DNA from: Octopus vulgaris
Lineage: Eukaryota
DNA: 64,000 nt
Assembly: GCA_951406725.2 (NCBI GenBank)
Contig: OX597821.1
Location: 54,994,001-55,058,000 of the forward strand
Direction of reading: 5' to 3'
The translations under genes and the position numbers were made by a program. The stretch's first letter is position 1; each line of letters opens with the position of its first letter. The notes below the pieces were generated by a model that did no database searches, was not told the origin of the DNA, and saw only the letters and a list, made by a program, of their open reading frames with translations. Positions 50,800-64,000 of this stretch are shown piece after piece.

Positions 50800-51230
50800 T
50801 AAAATGAAAGTTATGGAAAGAGTTATGTCTTATTTAATTCTGAAAAGAATCAGATGAGATGAAATGAAGTTTGGCTTTGTGCTAGGAAGAAGTACTTCAG
50901 ACATTATCTTGGTATGTGAGAAAGGTGTAGGCAGGATTTCCATATTTTGTACTCAGTGCAAGGAATGGACACTCAAGAGAAGCAGTGGAATAATAGGAAA
51001 ATTATCAGAGAAAGTAGTGTTTGTATGTGGAAGATGTATAGGAGTCATAAAAACTACAGATTCTTGGGAAATTAATTTTCTCCAATGTCCTGGAGGCTCT
51101 TTAGAGATAGCAGATAATTTCTGTTATCTAGGGGACCTAATTAGGAGTGGAGGAGGGTGTACAGAAAATGTAATTGCAAGAATAGGATGGAGAAAATTTA
51201 GAGAGCTTTTACCTGTGATGGCATCCAAAG

Positions 51231-51263
<33 letters not shown>

Positions 51264-51680
51264 TCTCTGAGTGAAGGAAGATTGTATGATGCATGTATAC
51301 AAACTGCAATGCTACATGGTAGCGAGACATGGGCCCTGAATGCAGAAGGTATGCAAATGCTAGAGAGGAATGAAGCTAGTATGCTTCACCAGATGTGCAA
51401 TGTCAGTGTACATGTATGACAGAATGCTAGTGTATTGAGAGAGCAGTTAAGCATAAGAGGAATTAGATTCAGTGAGCAAAAGAGAAAACTGCACTGGTTT
51501 GGTCATATGATGTGTACGAAGGTAGACATTTGTGTATGAATGTTGACAATTGTATACAGAAGTGGAACTCATCGAAGGAGATTCAGGAAGACATGAAACA
51601 AAGTACTGAAGGCCAAACTGAAGACACTGAACATTACAAAGATGACAATGGACCAATATTTCTGGCAACTTGCTGTATTC
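50800..51680 (+). mobile_element. Decayed RTE-like LINE RT and 3' region
   Basis: MKVMERV, KFGF, CTQCKEW..CGRC, NFCYLGDLI, RIGWRKFRELLP, MLHGSETW, LHWFGH. Confidence 0.82.
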
Positions 51681-52585
51681 AGGAAGACTTATCAGTCACA
51701 GCAGAATTGGTACTGGTGCTGGTGTCATGTAAAAAGCACTGACAGGTCTGTCCCAGAGTAAGAAAGAAGTATGCAAATATATGCATGCACTTACAGCAAA
51801 ATGAAAATAAAATAAAATAAAACTTATGCAGACATACAGTCATGCATGCATGGCTATGTTTCTGCATAAGTTTTCTTTTATCTTATTTTTATTCTGTTGT
51901 AATTGCATGCATATATTTGCATAATTTTTTTAATACTTTATGACAAACATTTCCATAGGCATCAGTTCCCAAGCTGTCTGTTCTAAGTTTTTAAACTTTG
52001 TTTTATATTGCATTTAGTGAACAGTAGTGGTGTTGGTTATAGGTTTATAACCGACCAATCTCTGTTTTACTGCATTTCTTTTAATGAGGGGTGCATGTTT
52101 AACTCAAACTTGATGCAGTTACATGCATGTACATTATTGATAACAAGCATGTGAAAAGGTACTCAATACCAGGGGTAGAGTATAGATAATTCCATTACAT
52201 CAGCTGAAACCAACTGGCTGAAACTAAAAGTTTCCATAACCATCTGATTTATTATCAGCCATTTTGGATTATACATATATAAGATTATTTTTAACAGTTT
52301 TTATTTACTAAATTCCATTCACAAGCTATTGGTCAACTCTAAACAACTATAGGAGACTAGACTCTTGTCACCTACACCACATGTATGGTATGTGACACAT
52401 GGTGGTGAAGTGAACTTTCAAACAACACAATCGTACTTGGGCCATCCCCTCATAGACTTTTTTCCAACATTTACTTTTCCAGTATCAATAGCCTAAATTT
52501 GTATTTTACCTCATTTAACCCCTTTTCTAACAACTTCATTCCTTACATTTATAATATTGAGAAAAATATTTAAAGTTGGTAGATA

Positions 52586-52735
52586 TCTTAGCGGTTCGGC
52601 AAAAGAGACCGATAGAATAAGTACTGGGCTTACAAAGAATAAGTCCCGGGGTCGATTTGCTTGACTAAAGGCGGTGCTCCAGCATGGCCACAGTCAAATG
52701 ACTGAAACAAGTAAAAGAGTAAAGAGTAAAAGAGT
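52586..52735 (+). mobile_element. SINE family A 3' fragment (little diverged)
   Basis: CTTAGCGGTTCGGCAAAAGAGACCGATAG...GGCGGTGCTCCAGCATGGCCACAGTCAAATGACTGAAAC. Confidence 0.92.
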
Positions 52736-53479
52736 ATCTCAAAGACAACAGTTTTCAAACTAGTCATTAAGTTTAACATACTAAGTTTATTTCATCAATT
52801 TTTAAAAAATATTTATTAAAATAGACTGGAAAATATCATGTGATATAATAAGAGATAAAACCCCAAAGAAAAAAAAGATACAATCATATATAATAGTTAC
52901 TGGAAATAACTACTTTCTAAAATATAATTTATGACCAAAGCATGTACATATATACACACACAGAAATATATAGGATACATATATCTATATACCTATGTGC
53001 ATCTAAAATGTTTCCATCAACTTTGAAAGCTTTCAATGACACATTTTCTTTTCTTTGATGCAATAAATCATGGATGAAACCATTTTTATAATTAAAATAA
53101 GATAAAAGTATTGAGATTTTTATGACATGATGAATATAAAGAAATGTCTTTTTACAAAATATAACAGAACATTATAACACACAAAATGGAGAAAGAAAAT
53201 GAAAAATACAAAAAACATTGATAATTTTCCTTTTAATTTCTAATGAATAGTCACTAAGAATATTTACACAGTTAATTGAGTGCAGCAAGTAATTAATTAA
53301 AGTGTGGGATAACTGAGGAATAAACTACATGTGATCATATATTGCTCTGGATGCCAGATTGCTGTTTAGCTCTTGGTCAACTATAATCAGGTAAACCTGC
53401 AATCAAAAATATTCCAGTTATGGTTAACACAATTTATCATTTTTTTTTTTTTGCTGAAGGAAAGTGTTGTATGTATGAC

Positions 53480-54100
53480 CATCACAGTCTTCTTCAGACT
53501 GGTGAAATTGATGTTGTTAACGTTCCTCTTGGAAAGTTAACAGTAGACAGCTAAGTATGGAGGGAAACAATTTATGGTGTGTCCTTCTGGTGAGGAAGAA
53601 CTATGTGAAGTCTTTAGTGAGGGTCCTGGAGTGTAACACTATAGCAATAACGAGAGGTGGAAAATGAGAGAGCTGCCATTGAATGAGTAAAATTGGTTGA
53701 AGATCAGTCTGTTTCAAAGATCAGACCCCTTATAGTAGCAGTAAAAACAGACAGAGAGCAAACAGTGTATCTGAGCCAAATTTGAAGTGTACTGGTAACA
53801 ATTTTTTGCCAGTCAGTTGGTTGGCCTCCCTTAGGATGAGACACAGCGTATGTAGAAGAAGTAGTATTTCGGGTATGGGAACAGTATTCTACAGTCAGTT
53901 CAAATCTGAATCTTGTTGAGAGTTAGAAGTTGTTATGTGTTGAAGTATTTTCTGTCTGTGTAGATTAAGGCTAAGCTTTGTAATGTTCACCAGGATAGAT
54001 CCTCAGTGATGTTGAGGCAGAGCATTTAAAACAGTACTAAGGTGTCTTGTTAGGTGCTGTACTATGTTTTGAATGGGAAAGGTGGGTAATGGGCAATAAT
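53480..54100 (-). mobile_element. Possible highly decayed LINE RT fragment
   Basis: Higher GC than flanks; minus-strand PYPKY-like and DW-like remnants only. Confidence 0.3.
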
Positions 54101-54949
54101 TTTTTTAGGCTGTGACTGTCTTTTTGTTGTTTGAATGTCAGTGCTTCAAACATTCAATCATCCTTGCATTGTCTCTTAAGCATAATGCAACTTGCATGCA
54201 CCGAAACTTGAATGCATTATCAGAATCTATCTATATAGGTTATGAAAATGTTAACTACACAATCTTTCAAGACAGTATTGTTAAAGTGACAATAACACAA
54301 AATATTCAGAACAAGAAAAAATTGTTTTTAAATAATGCTATCTCTGAAGAAAACAGTTGGTTTTATTTCCCTGGATTATTGCTTCAAACTCTTCCCATCT
54401 GCAACCACATCTACAAATAACTAAAATAGATCCCATAATAATTCACTAAGAAGATTACATTTATAAATCAGCTGAACTTAGAGGATAGGTTGAAATGGGT
54501 CATAACTCCTCTCTCAATTATGTATTAAGGAAAGATATATAGAAACCTGCATGTGAAAAATCTTAAATATCTGTTGATATATTTACAGGTTGAAAACAAC
54601 ACAATCCTTCACACCAGCAGACATTGCACGCTAGCAAAACTGTTATAATTATATTTCCAGATAAAGATTAAATTCAACAACACTAGACCCATGAGACCTT
54701 ATATTTTCGGCATTCTTTCATTAAGTGCAAACATTAGGTCAATGTTGAATAGATTTTTCGCAAATTATGTAAGATCAAAGCTGAACTAACAACATCTCAG
54801 AAAATGCAGTTGTGGACAACAACTTCAAACAGCTCTATCTTATCAAATACACACATCCATCAAAGGAATATATCAAAATGGATGGCAGTGTTCCTACAAA
54901 GCTGTCACCAGAATAATGAAATCATTACATGCAAAAAATAAAATGAGAG

Positions 54950-55175
54950 AATTTACATATAGATATTTACATATAGATACATATAGAATTTACATATAGA
55001 TAGATAGAGATAGACAGATAGATATAGATAAATAGATATAGATAGATAGATAGATATAGATAGATAGATATAGATAGATATAGATAGAGATAGATAGATA
55101 GAGATAGATAGCTAGATATAGATAGATAGAGCTAGATAGCTAGATATAGGTAGATAGAGATAGATAGATAGATAG

Positions 55176-55236
<61 letters not shown>

Positions 55237-55420
55237 GATAGATAGATAGATTTAGATAGAGATAGATAGATAGATTTAGATAGAGATAGATAGATAGATA
55301 GATAGATAGAGATAGACAGAGATAGATAGATAGACAAAGATAGATAGATAGATAGAGATAGATAGAGATAGATAGATAGATAGATAGATAGATAGCTATA
55401 GATAGATAGATAGATGATAT
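54950..55420. repeat. (AGAT)n compound microsatellite
   Basis: Direct reading. Confidence 0.97.
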
Positions 55421-55502
55421 ACACATATATGCACACATATACATACGCACATATACACATGCATATGTGCACACACACATTCACACACACACCTATCTAT
55501 CA

Positions 55503-55841
55503 TTTTCTTGTTTCAGTCATTAGACTATAGTCATATTGGGGCACTGCCTAGAAGAATTTTTAGCTGAATGAATCAGAGCAAGTATTTTTTTAAGCCTAGT
55601 ACTTATTCTATTGATTTCTTTTGCTAGGCCACTAAGTTACAGGAATGTAAATACACCAACACCGTTTGTCAAGTATATATGTGTGTTTGATGGGCTTCTT
55701 TTAATTTCTGTCTACTAGATCAACTCACAATGCTTTGGTCAACCAGAGACTATAGTAGAAGATACTTGCACAAGGTGCCTCACAGTGGGACTGAACCCAG
55801 AACCATATGGTTGGGAAGCAAACTTCTTACCACATAGCCAC
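55503..55841 (-). mobile_element. SINE family A, diverged
   Basis: CTTGTTTCAGTCATT...CAGTGGGACTGAACCCAGAACCAT...TTACCACATAGCC. Confidence 0.85.
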
Positions 55842-56351
55842 AATCTTTTCTTTAATAAGTAATAGAAACAAAAGTAAAATTTTAAGAACCAAAATGTATA
55901 TCTGTTACATGCAATAAACAATATCTTCAAAATGATAATTTCATGCAGAATTACTATGATTCAAACTCATGTAACTTGCTAAAATCTAAATGTTTTTTTG
56001 TCAGGCAACATCAGATAGCCTTTTCAATATTCTACTGTGTGACACCTTGGGCAAGTGTCTTCTACTATAGCTATAGCTTCAGTTTCCAACTACCAAATCC
56101 ACTCACAAGGCTTTGGTCAGCCCAAGGTGTCACACAGTAGGACTGAACCGGGAACCATGTGGTTGGGAAGCAAGCTTTTTACCACACAGCCTTGCCTGCC
56201 TGTGTGTATATATGTGTGTTAGTCCCTCTATATATTTGTTTTACATTCATATTTCCATGCTGGCATGGGTTGCATGGAAACATATTGAGACATTGCTTTG
56301 TGTCCAGGAGCCCTTCTGTCACCAACCTTAACCAGTTTCTCAAGTTTTGAG

Positions 56352-56600
56352 ATTATTTTTATTTCACTCATCTTTAAAAGCAGAAAGCTACAAACTGTTT
56401 TGTTTACAGGTAATGTAAACATCACATCACTCTTTTGCTCATACAGTGTCATGTAAAGACATGGTATGTAAAGTCATGCAAAATGTTCTGTGTCTTTGCA
56501 TGACACTGTCTGAACAAAACAGTGACGTCATGTTTACATGTCCTTTAAACAATACATTTTGTAGCTCTTTGCTTTCAGTGATGAGTGGGATAAAAAACAA
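56352..56600. mobile_element. Foldback/MITE-like palindrome
   Basis: ~110-bp arms: TTTTTATTTCACTCATC...CAGTGTCATGTAAAGACA versus TGTCTTTGCATGACACTG...GATGAGTGGGATAAAAA; the ORF track shows homologous peptides on both strands. Confidence 0.8.
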
Positions 56601-56909
56601 AAACAAAAAAATCTTTCTTAATTCATAAACAGGCAAGGATCAGATCAATGACAAACGGGCTTCTGGCTACCAAACACTACTTTGATAAGTTCTCCATCCA
56701 TCCCATGCAAACACAGATGAATGGAAGTAAAATGAAGGAATGAACACACTCACATACACACACACACACACATAGACACACTTTCACACACATTATCATT
56801 TTGTCACCATGTTACTTGGTTTTGTATATTTCAGGACTAAATTATACAATATGCACATAGAAAATGAATGGTAGACTGATGATGATGATATGCATTCACA
56901 CACACACGC

Positions 56910-56990
<81 letters not shown>

Positions 56991-59343
56991 GGCACAATTT
57001 TCCTCTCAATCTTGTGTCTCTCGACTACAAGCTAAATTATTCAATTAATTATGTTATCTGGCATGTGAAACCTTGCTGAATGTAATATATAGTTGAAATA
57101 GCTATGTAGAAGTACCGAGACAATCAAATATAATTAAAACAAAGAAACAAATTCAATTATTTACTGCTAATGTGATTGAATATCTAATTTGTTGATTGAT
57201 TTATTTTATCATTAGTTAAAAAACAAAAATCCGGCATAATGGATAATTAAAATGCTTTAAAAGATTTTGATCGAAATAAAATATAATTTGGTATTGAACT
57301 GAATTCTTCAATTCATTATCATTGAATATTATGTGAGAATATTGTTAAACCCTGATGTGTTTTCTCCTTACACTTTTGTTATTATATATTTTGAATAGGA
57401 TTATATTTTTACTTCTGTTTTCATTCTTAGTGTTCATCCGAGGTATTCCTCCTTACACTAGAGTAATGATGTAATACAGTTTGTAGAAAATGACAGGCTA
57501 GATATTTTAATAAATCTGATTCATTACACCTCTAGTTTTGTTGATTTTTGATATCTAATGTTAGATGGTTTGGAGGAGTTCTATACACTGTTTTTCATTT
57601 GCTTATTCATAGATGAATTAAATTATTTCCTGCTAATTTAACTGCATGTCTAATTTATTGAATGACCATGCTGTTTTGAAACCCATATAAACTAGAGAAC
57701 ATGAACATTTTGTTAAAGCCAATACAGCTGGAATTCAGTTTAGAGTTCTTCAGTGTAATAGTTTGAAAGGAGCTTTCCTAAATAGACAATTTCCAGAATT
57801 GTGTTGTTCTGAGAATAAGGAAATGGCAAAGTGTTTAGTGTATAATTTGGATGATAATGGATTGCATGGATGATTTCTTCATCTCATTGATTCTTAACAT
57901 TACACTCAAAGTCTGAAATTAAAGGAGATAGCAGAGATGATTTGAATGCAGAAAATATAGATTCAACCAAAAATAAAACACAGAATAAATTAATACAGTG
58001 TTTTCTTTTAGAATAAACACCGACTGGGAATATATAATCTGTGTTTGCTGCTGGCTGGTTATTTTAGCAGTAACAAATAGCAAAACCGAAATTGTAGATA
58101 CAAAATGAGTTCAATTTTGGAATTAAGAAATGTTGACTAAAATACTGGGAAAGAATAGGGAACAAAAATAAACACAGTATGCTACAAGGAGTGTTGATAG
58201 CTTGTGTGCATGTATGTGCAAGTGTGTGTATGTGTGTGTGTATACGTGCATGCATGTGTGTGCATGTATGCATGCATGTGTGCATATGTGTGCATTTGTA
58301 CATGCAAGTGTGTGTCTGTGCTTGTGTATGTGTGTGTGCATACATGCATGAGAGTATGTGTATATATGATGAACTTGTTGACTTGCAAGTGGGTCTTCAA
58401 ATGGGTATGTGCATAAAGCATGTATATATGTGTGATGGTATGATGTATGATTCATTTAATACCTACTTTCAATAAAGCCAAACTAGAAATAATTTGAATT
58501 ACGGATCTCAAGAACAACCTGTTCTGCTATGACAGCATGTATAAAATGCCTTATTCTGTTGATGACAGTGTATAAGTGATCTGCATTTCAGATTTGGAGA
58601 TGAGCCATATTTTGCTGCAGTAACAAGTGCTCTGGATGAGTCTCTAGTGTCACTCACACTTGTTGATATACCAATATACTAATGATATTTTGTAAGCTAT
58701 GAAACTTTCAAAGAAATGAAATAAGTTGTAAATGAATTTGAGGTGACGATCATCCAGTGTCCATAAAAAAAAGATGTGTTAGAAATATGTTTGAGTAAAA
58801 TCATTCAACTATTTTCTTGTCATTTCAAAAACGTTTGCCAAATCAAAATAATCAACACCATTGTTGAAACTGAATTGGTTATTGTTGTAGTCGCTTGTTT
58901 GCTATAGGTCAAGCCAAAACAAGCAGACTTACGGTCAAATATATTCAAGCTATGATTTACTTTCCATTTTCACTAAAGTCATTGAAGGTACCAGTAATAT
59001 ACTGTTACTGACTTCATTTAGAAATGATTAAGAAAATTTGACAACATTCACTGTAGTCCTGTCACAAACACTGGCCTCAGACTTAGTGAAAGGAAATCAA
59101 AATCACCATCTTCCATTCCTCTCCCTCTTTTCCTACCCCTTACACTCCACATTACACTTCCATTCCCCCTCTCTCTCTCCACCCCAACCCATTCACTAAT
59201 ACTCTAAAAAGAGACAAATCCCTTCACACAATTTAAATCTGAAAAATCTATTAGAGTAGATGAAAATATGTGATTTGTAAAAACATGTCATGTTAATAAA
59301 TATTTGTATATGCACAATCATCCAGATTTCTGAATACCTTATT

Positions 59344-59410
<67 letters not shown>

Positions 59411-59984
59411 GTGTGTTTAGAAAGGTTTAAAATTTATTTAGAGAAAATAAGTTCAGATAATGTTGCTGCAGAGAAATAGCAACATATTTAATGATCTAGT
59501 AAAGAAAAACAAATTTTAAGACTGAGTTCTAATGCATTAACATATTTGATAATTTGACACTCCTAGATCCAAATCCTTCTGCATTATCAGAATTGTACAA
59601 TATATATAAGTATGATATGTCATCATCATCATTTTAGCATTCACTTTTCCACATCCACATGGTCAGATGGAATATGTTGTGATGAATTTTTTATGGCTGG
59701 ATGCCATTCCTATCCCCAACCCACAGCTGTTTCCAAGTGAAGTAATATTCCGTATGTCAAGACATGTTTCCATGGAAGATTAGAGATGAAGGATGCCTCT
59801 TTCAAAATGGTAGCATTCATTTCATTACTATCATGCAAAGTCAAGGCAAACATTCGTTTTATTACTATCATGCAAATTCACACAACAAGCTTCTTTCACC
59901 AGGACTGAACCTGAACCATGTGGTTGGGAGGCAAACTTATTATGACACTGCTACACTGGCGCACACAAACACATATATGTGTAC

Positions 59985-60440
59985 TACTTGTGCACGTGGC
60001 ACATAAAAAGCACTATTTGAGTGTGGCTGTTGCCTGACTGGCCCTCATGCTGATGGCACATAAAAGCACCCACTACACTCTCGGACTGGTTGGCATTAGG
60101 AAGAGAATCCAGCTGCAGAAACTCTGCCAGTTCAGATTGGAGTCTGGTGCAGCCATCTGGTTGGCCAGACCTCAGTTAAATCATCCAACCCATGCCAACA
60201 TGGAAAGCGGACATTAAACAATTATGATGATGATACATATATCATCATCATCATTTAACATCCACTTTCCATGCCAGCATGGGTTGGATGGTTTGACAGG
60301 ATCTGTTAAACTAGAGAACTGCCCCAGGCTCCAATTGTCTGTTTTAGCATAGTTTCTATGGCCAGATGCCATTCCTAATGCCAACCACTTTACAGAGTTT
60401 ACTGGGTGCTTTTTATGGGATTTCAGCATGGGTGCTTTTT
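59985..60440. mobile_element. Two SINE family C copies tail-to-tail
   Basis: Plus copy ends CCAACCCATGCCAACATGGAAAGCGGACATTAAA..(GAT)n; minus copy begins (CAT)n-TTAACATCCACTTTCCATGCCAGCATGGGTTGG. Confidence 0.88.
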
Positions 60441-60915
60441 TAAATTTGTGGGTGTACAAGTGCATGTTGTTCTTGGTGGTGGAGGGTCAATTTTCAGTAA
60501 GAAAACACACAGTGGTTGTATTCCAATTCATTTATTATTATCATTTAACGAATCAATGGTTTGATAAGTCAGGTGTTTCGTCAACTGATTGGTTAGTCAA
60601 ATGAGTGGTCAGGCAATAAGATTCATTAATTTGTTTATTATTATCTAAATATCTGATAATAGTCAACAAAGTTAAAATACCAACAGAGTATATGACTCCT
60701 TTTACTGAAATGAAATGGCCAACACACAATGTTACATGAAAAATCTTGCAAAACCATTACAAGAATAATCTCTCTCCTCTTTTATCTATTGGTTGTTTAT
60801 CTTACTTTCCTTCTCACTGTCTGTCTGTCTGTCTGTCTCTCTCTTTCTCTCTCTCACCATACACAGAAATAAATATATATGTATATTTAGCTTTTGTGTG
60901 TGTATCCATATACAT

Positions 60916-61229
60916 AGAGACATACATATGTATATATATACATATATATACATAGAGAGAGAGAGAGCAGTAGATAGTTAGATAGACAGATAAATAGATA
61001 AATAGATAAAGTAACCAATATTTCAATAAAAGTAGAGTTATCTCATTTAGTGTGAGTTATACCAATATATCTAAATACACAACGGTATTAATTTAAGTAT
61101 GATAGGTTGATATAGTTAGAGACATACATATGTATATATATACATATATATACATAGAGAGAGAGAGAGCAGTAGATAGTTAGATAGACAGATAAATAGA
61201 TAAATAGATAAAGTAACCAATATTTCAAT
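60916..61229. repeat. Apparently exact ~112-bp direct duplication with ~90-bp spacer
   Basis: 60916-61027 equals 61118-61229 (AGAGACATACATATG...GTAACCAATATTTCAAT). Confidence 0.9.
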
Positions 61230-61430
61230 GTTCTTTTCATTCTTACTTTTCATAAAGTTTATACACAATGAGTATTAATTTAAGTATGATATGGTTCTAA
61301 TTTAGGTATAGGTCCACCAGTACTGGGAGAGAAGGTGTTGATCATACTGGACTAATACTTAATTTTCTTGACTTTAGAGTGATGAAAAACAAATATTAAT
61401 CTCAGCAGTATATGAACTTTAAAGGTAAAC

Positions 61431-61598
61431 AGGCACAGGAGTGGCTGTGTGGTAAGTAGCTTGCTTACCAACCACATGGTTCCGGGTTCAGTCCCACTGC
61501 ATGGCATCTTGGGCAAGTGTCTTCTACTATAGCCTCGGGCCGACCAAAGGCTTGTGAGTGGATTTGGTAGATGGAAACTGAAAGAAGCCCGTTGTATT

Positions 61599-61651
<53 letters not shown>

Positions 61652-61892
61652 ATGTGTGTGTGTGTGTGTATGTATGTTTGTGTGTCTGTGTTTGTCCCCC
61701 TAGCATTGCTTGACAACTGATGCTGGTGTGCTTATGTCCCTGTTACTTAGCGGTTTGGCAAAAGAGACCAATAGAATGAAAACTAGGCTTACAAAGAATA
61801 AGTCCCGGGGTCGATTTGCTTGACTAAAGGTGGTGCTTCAGCATGGCCACAGTCAAATGACTGAAACAAGTAAAAGTGAGAGTAAAAGAGAG
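61431..61892 (+). mobile_element. SINE family A, full length
   Basis: GGCACAGGAGTGGCTGTGTGGTAAG...CAGTCAAATGACTGAAACAAGTAAAAG. Confidence 0.93.
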
Positions 61893-61947
61893 CCAAAGCA
61901 ATTACTGTAAGACATTTTATCTAATGATTTTGCTAATCCATTATCCC

Positions 61948-61993
61948 AATAATAATAATAATAATAATGATGATAATAATGATGATAATAATG

Positions 61994-62054
<61 letters not shown>

Positions 62055-62271
62055 ATTCTACTACAAATACAAGGCCTGCAATTCTTTTTTTGGTTGGGGG
62101 GTAGTTACAATTAAATCAATCCTAGTGTTTGTCTGGTACTTATTTTATCGACCTCTACAGGATGAAAGGCAAAGTCAACCTCAATGGAATCTGAACTGAG
62201 ATTGTAAAGCCAGAAAAAAATGCCACTAAGCATTTTGTCCCATGTGCTAATAACTGTCCCAGTTCAATGCC

Positions 62272-62318
<47 letters not shown>

Positions 62319-62370
62319 TGAGTCAGTTCAATGCCATAATGATAATAATAATAATAATAATAATAATAGT
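61948..62370 (-). mobile_element. SINE family B (62055-62272) embedded in (TAA)n tracts
   Basis: GGATGAAAGGCAAAGTCAACCTC...CTAAGCATTTTGTCC with (TAA)n on both sides. Confidence 0.82.
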
Positions 62371-63494
62371 AATTTCCAATTTAAGCACAAGGAGCAGGGT
62401 TAATCAATTACATCAACCTCAGTACCTGACTGAAAATTTATGTCAGGGAAAGCACTCAAAGTTGTATTGCTTCCAAAAAGTCTTTCTAGCTTGGATTCAA
62501 TCTAATTTGTTTGTATTTCTTTAAAATTTCCCTGAGGTGTACTTCTTCCGCCTTCTCTTCTTCCAATCCATTATCTTCCCCTGTACCAATTACAGCATTA
62601 CTGAAGTGAAATTATTGAATTCATTTAGGTTTGAAAGTAACATTTTTAACTTCAGTCATGTAAACAGGGAAAAATATCTTCTTTGTTAATTATTATTTTT
62701 CTATAAATATTTCTTTACCCATTTCACTTAGTTTCAAATCTATTGAGATTTTTGAGGTCTTGTATAGAATAATGTATTTTTATAAATATTCAAGGGATGA
62801 AAGTTCAATTCTCTGGAGGAATGCTAAAATTGCATTTTATTAACATGTATTTCGGAGTAGAGTCTTGTTTTAACGTTGATTTCTTAATTTTTTCAATTTT
62901 TTGTTTTACCTTTCAAAGATTTTAAGTTTTTTTCTTTCATCCTTTTGATTTTTTTAAAAGTTGAGGTAGTTAGTAATTGAGGGAAATTTAAATATCTAGT
63001 AAATTATTATTTTATTTCATTGAGCAAATGTTTTATAAGTGCCATTTCACACTTTAGATATTCAGTAATATTGTAGGAAATGTACATCATTCAAAATTCA
63101 CTTGGCTCATCAGAGTAAAAGAAACCTGCTTAAGGGAACAACAGTAATTTCAATAGTTGAATTTAAATTCATATTTATGCCAGAAGCTATGGATATTTGT
63201 AAACTACATTTGTTGACGTTTACAGTAAAATATCATATATTATAAAATTGGAACTTCTGTATTATGTGGTATGTGTATATATGCCTGTGTGTGTACATAT
63301 GAACATATTTATGAGTGTGTATATGTGTTTATGTATGCACATGCATATGTGTTCGGAAATTGAAAAGCAGGAAGAGTGAAAGGTCAGCAGCAATTGGGAA
63401 AGGAGAGAAATACAGCAAAAGAAAGTAAAGAGGACAGCTAGACATATGATGCTAAACGGAGAAATACAAAGAATGGTAAGACACTGTAAGTGAG

Positions 63495-63582
63495 AGAAGA
63501 AGAAGAAGGAAGAGGAGGAGGGGGAAGAAGAAGAAGAAGAAGAAGAAGAAGAAGAAGAAGAAGAAGAAGAAGAAGAGAGAGA
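63495..63582. repeat. (GAA)n microsatellite
   Basis: Direct reading. Confidence 0.95.
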
Positions 63583-63699
63583 AGCATAATGTAATGTAAG
63601 ATAGTATACTGCATCAGGTGAGTTGAGGGAAAGAGCAAATGATAAATCATATGACCAAGAAACTCTGCAAGAAATCCTAATATTATTTTGTCATTAATG

Positions 63700-63915
63700 A
63701 TGGTAAACTGGTAGAATTGCCAGCATGCTGGATAAAAATATGCTGCCATATTTATTCTGGGTCTTTACATTACAAGTTCAAATTCTGCTGAGCTCAACTT
63801 TTCTTTTCATCCTTACAGGGTTAGTAAAATAAGTACCAATTTAGTACTGAAATCAATGTAATTGACCAACCCTTCCCCTTAAAATCGTCAGTTTTGTACC
63901 AAAATTTAAAACAAA
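63700..63915 (+). mobile_element. SINE family B, diverged
   Basis: GGTAAACTGGTAGAATTG...AGTTCAAATTCTGCTGAG...AAAATAAGTACC. Confidence 0.82.
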
Positions 63916-64000
63916 AATTATTTTATCTTACTTTTGGTTTTATACTAAGCAAGCTTTCTAAGGAGTAACTTTTGATTTTTATGTCAAAGTTGCAATATGC

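Noticed and set aside
52150-52275. Minus-strand CTGATAA...GGAAAC hammerhead-like motif
   Set aside because: Core mutated and stem I register unconvincing

Overview
AT-rich, microsatellite-dense, non-coding eukaryotic DNA (intergenic or deep intronic). The SINE families and repeat landscape resemble an octopod cephalopod genome (my recognition, not a database result). I can support no host protein-coding gene; nearly all ORF-track entries are microsatellite or SINE artefacts. The window contains: (i) dozens of SINE copies in at least five families; (ii) LINE fragments (a 5'-truncated CR1-group RT ORF at 544-1722, Dong/R4-like and RTE-like fossils); (iii) DNA transposons (a full-length decayed mariner, a Merlin-like MITE and a hAT MITE each with a perfect 8-bp TSD, a foldback element); (iv) most notably, a population of (TA)n-embedded Penelope-like retroelement (PLE) remnants. 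These include three GIY-YIG endonuclease relics, several insertions built as inverted duplications, and about ten type-I hammerhead ribozyme (HHR) motifs. Most of the HHRs share an unusual design: a long (about 55-90 nt) stem-II insert and a 2-bp stem III whose palindromic tetraloop differs between families (AGCT, AATT, GATC, ATAT). The most abundant SINE also shares its 3' tail with a CR1-group LINE fragment in the same window. Coordinates of decayed elements are approximate.
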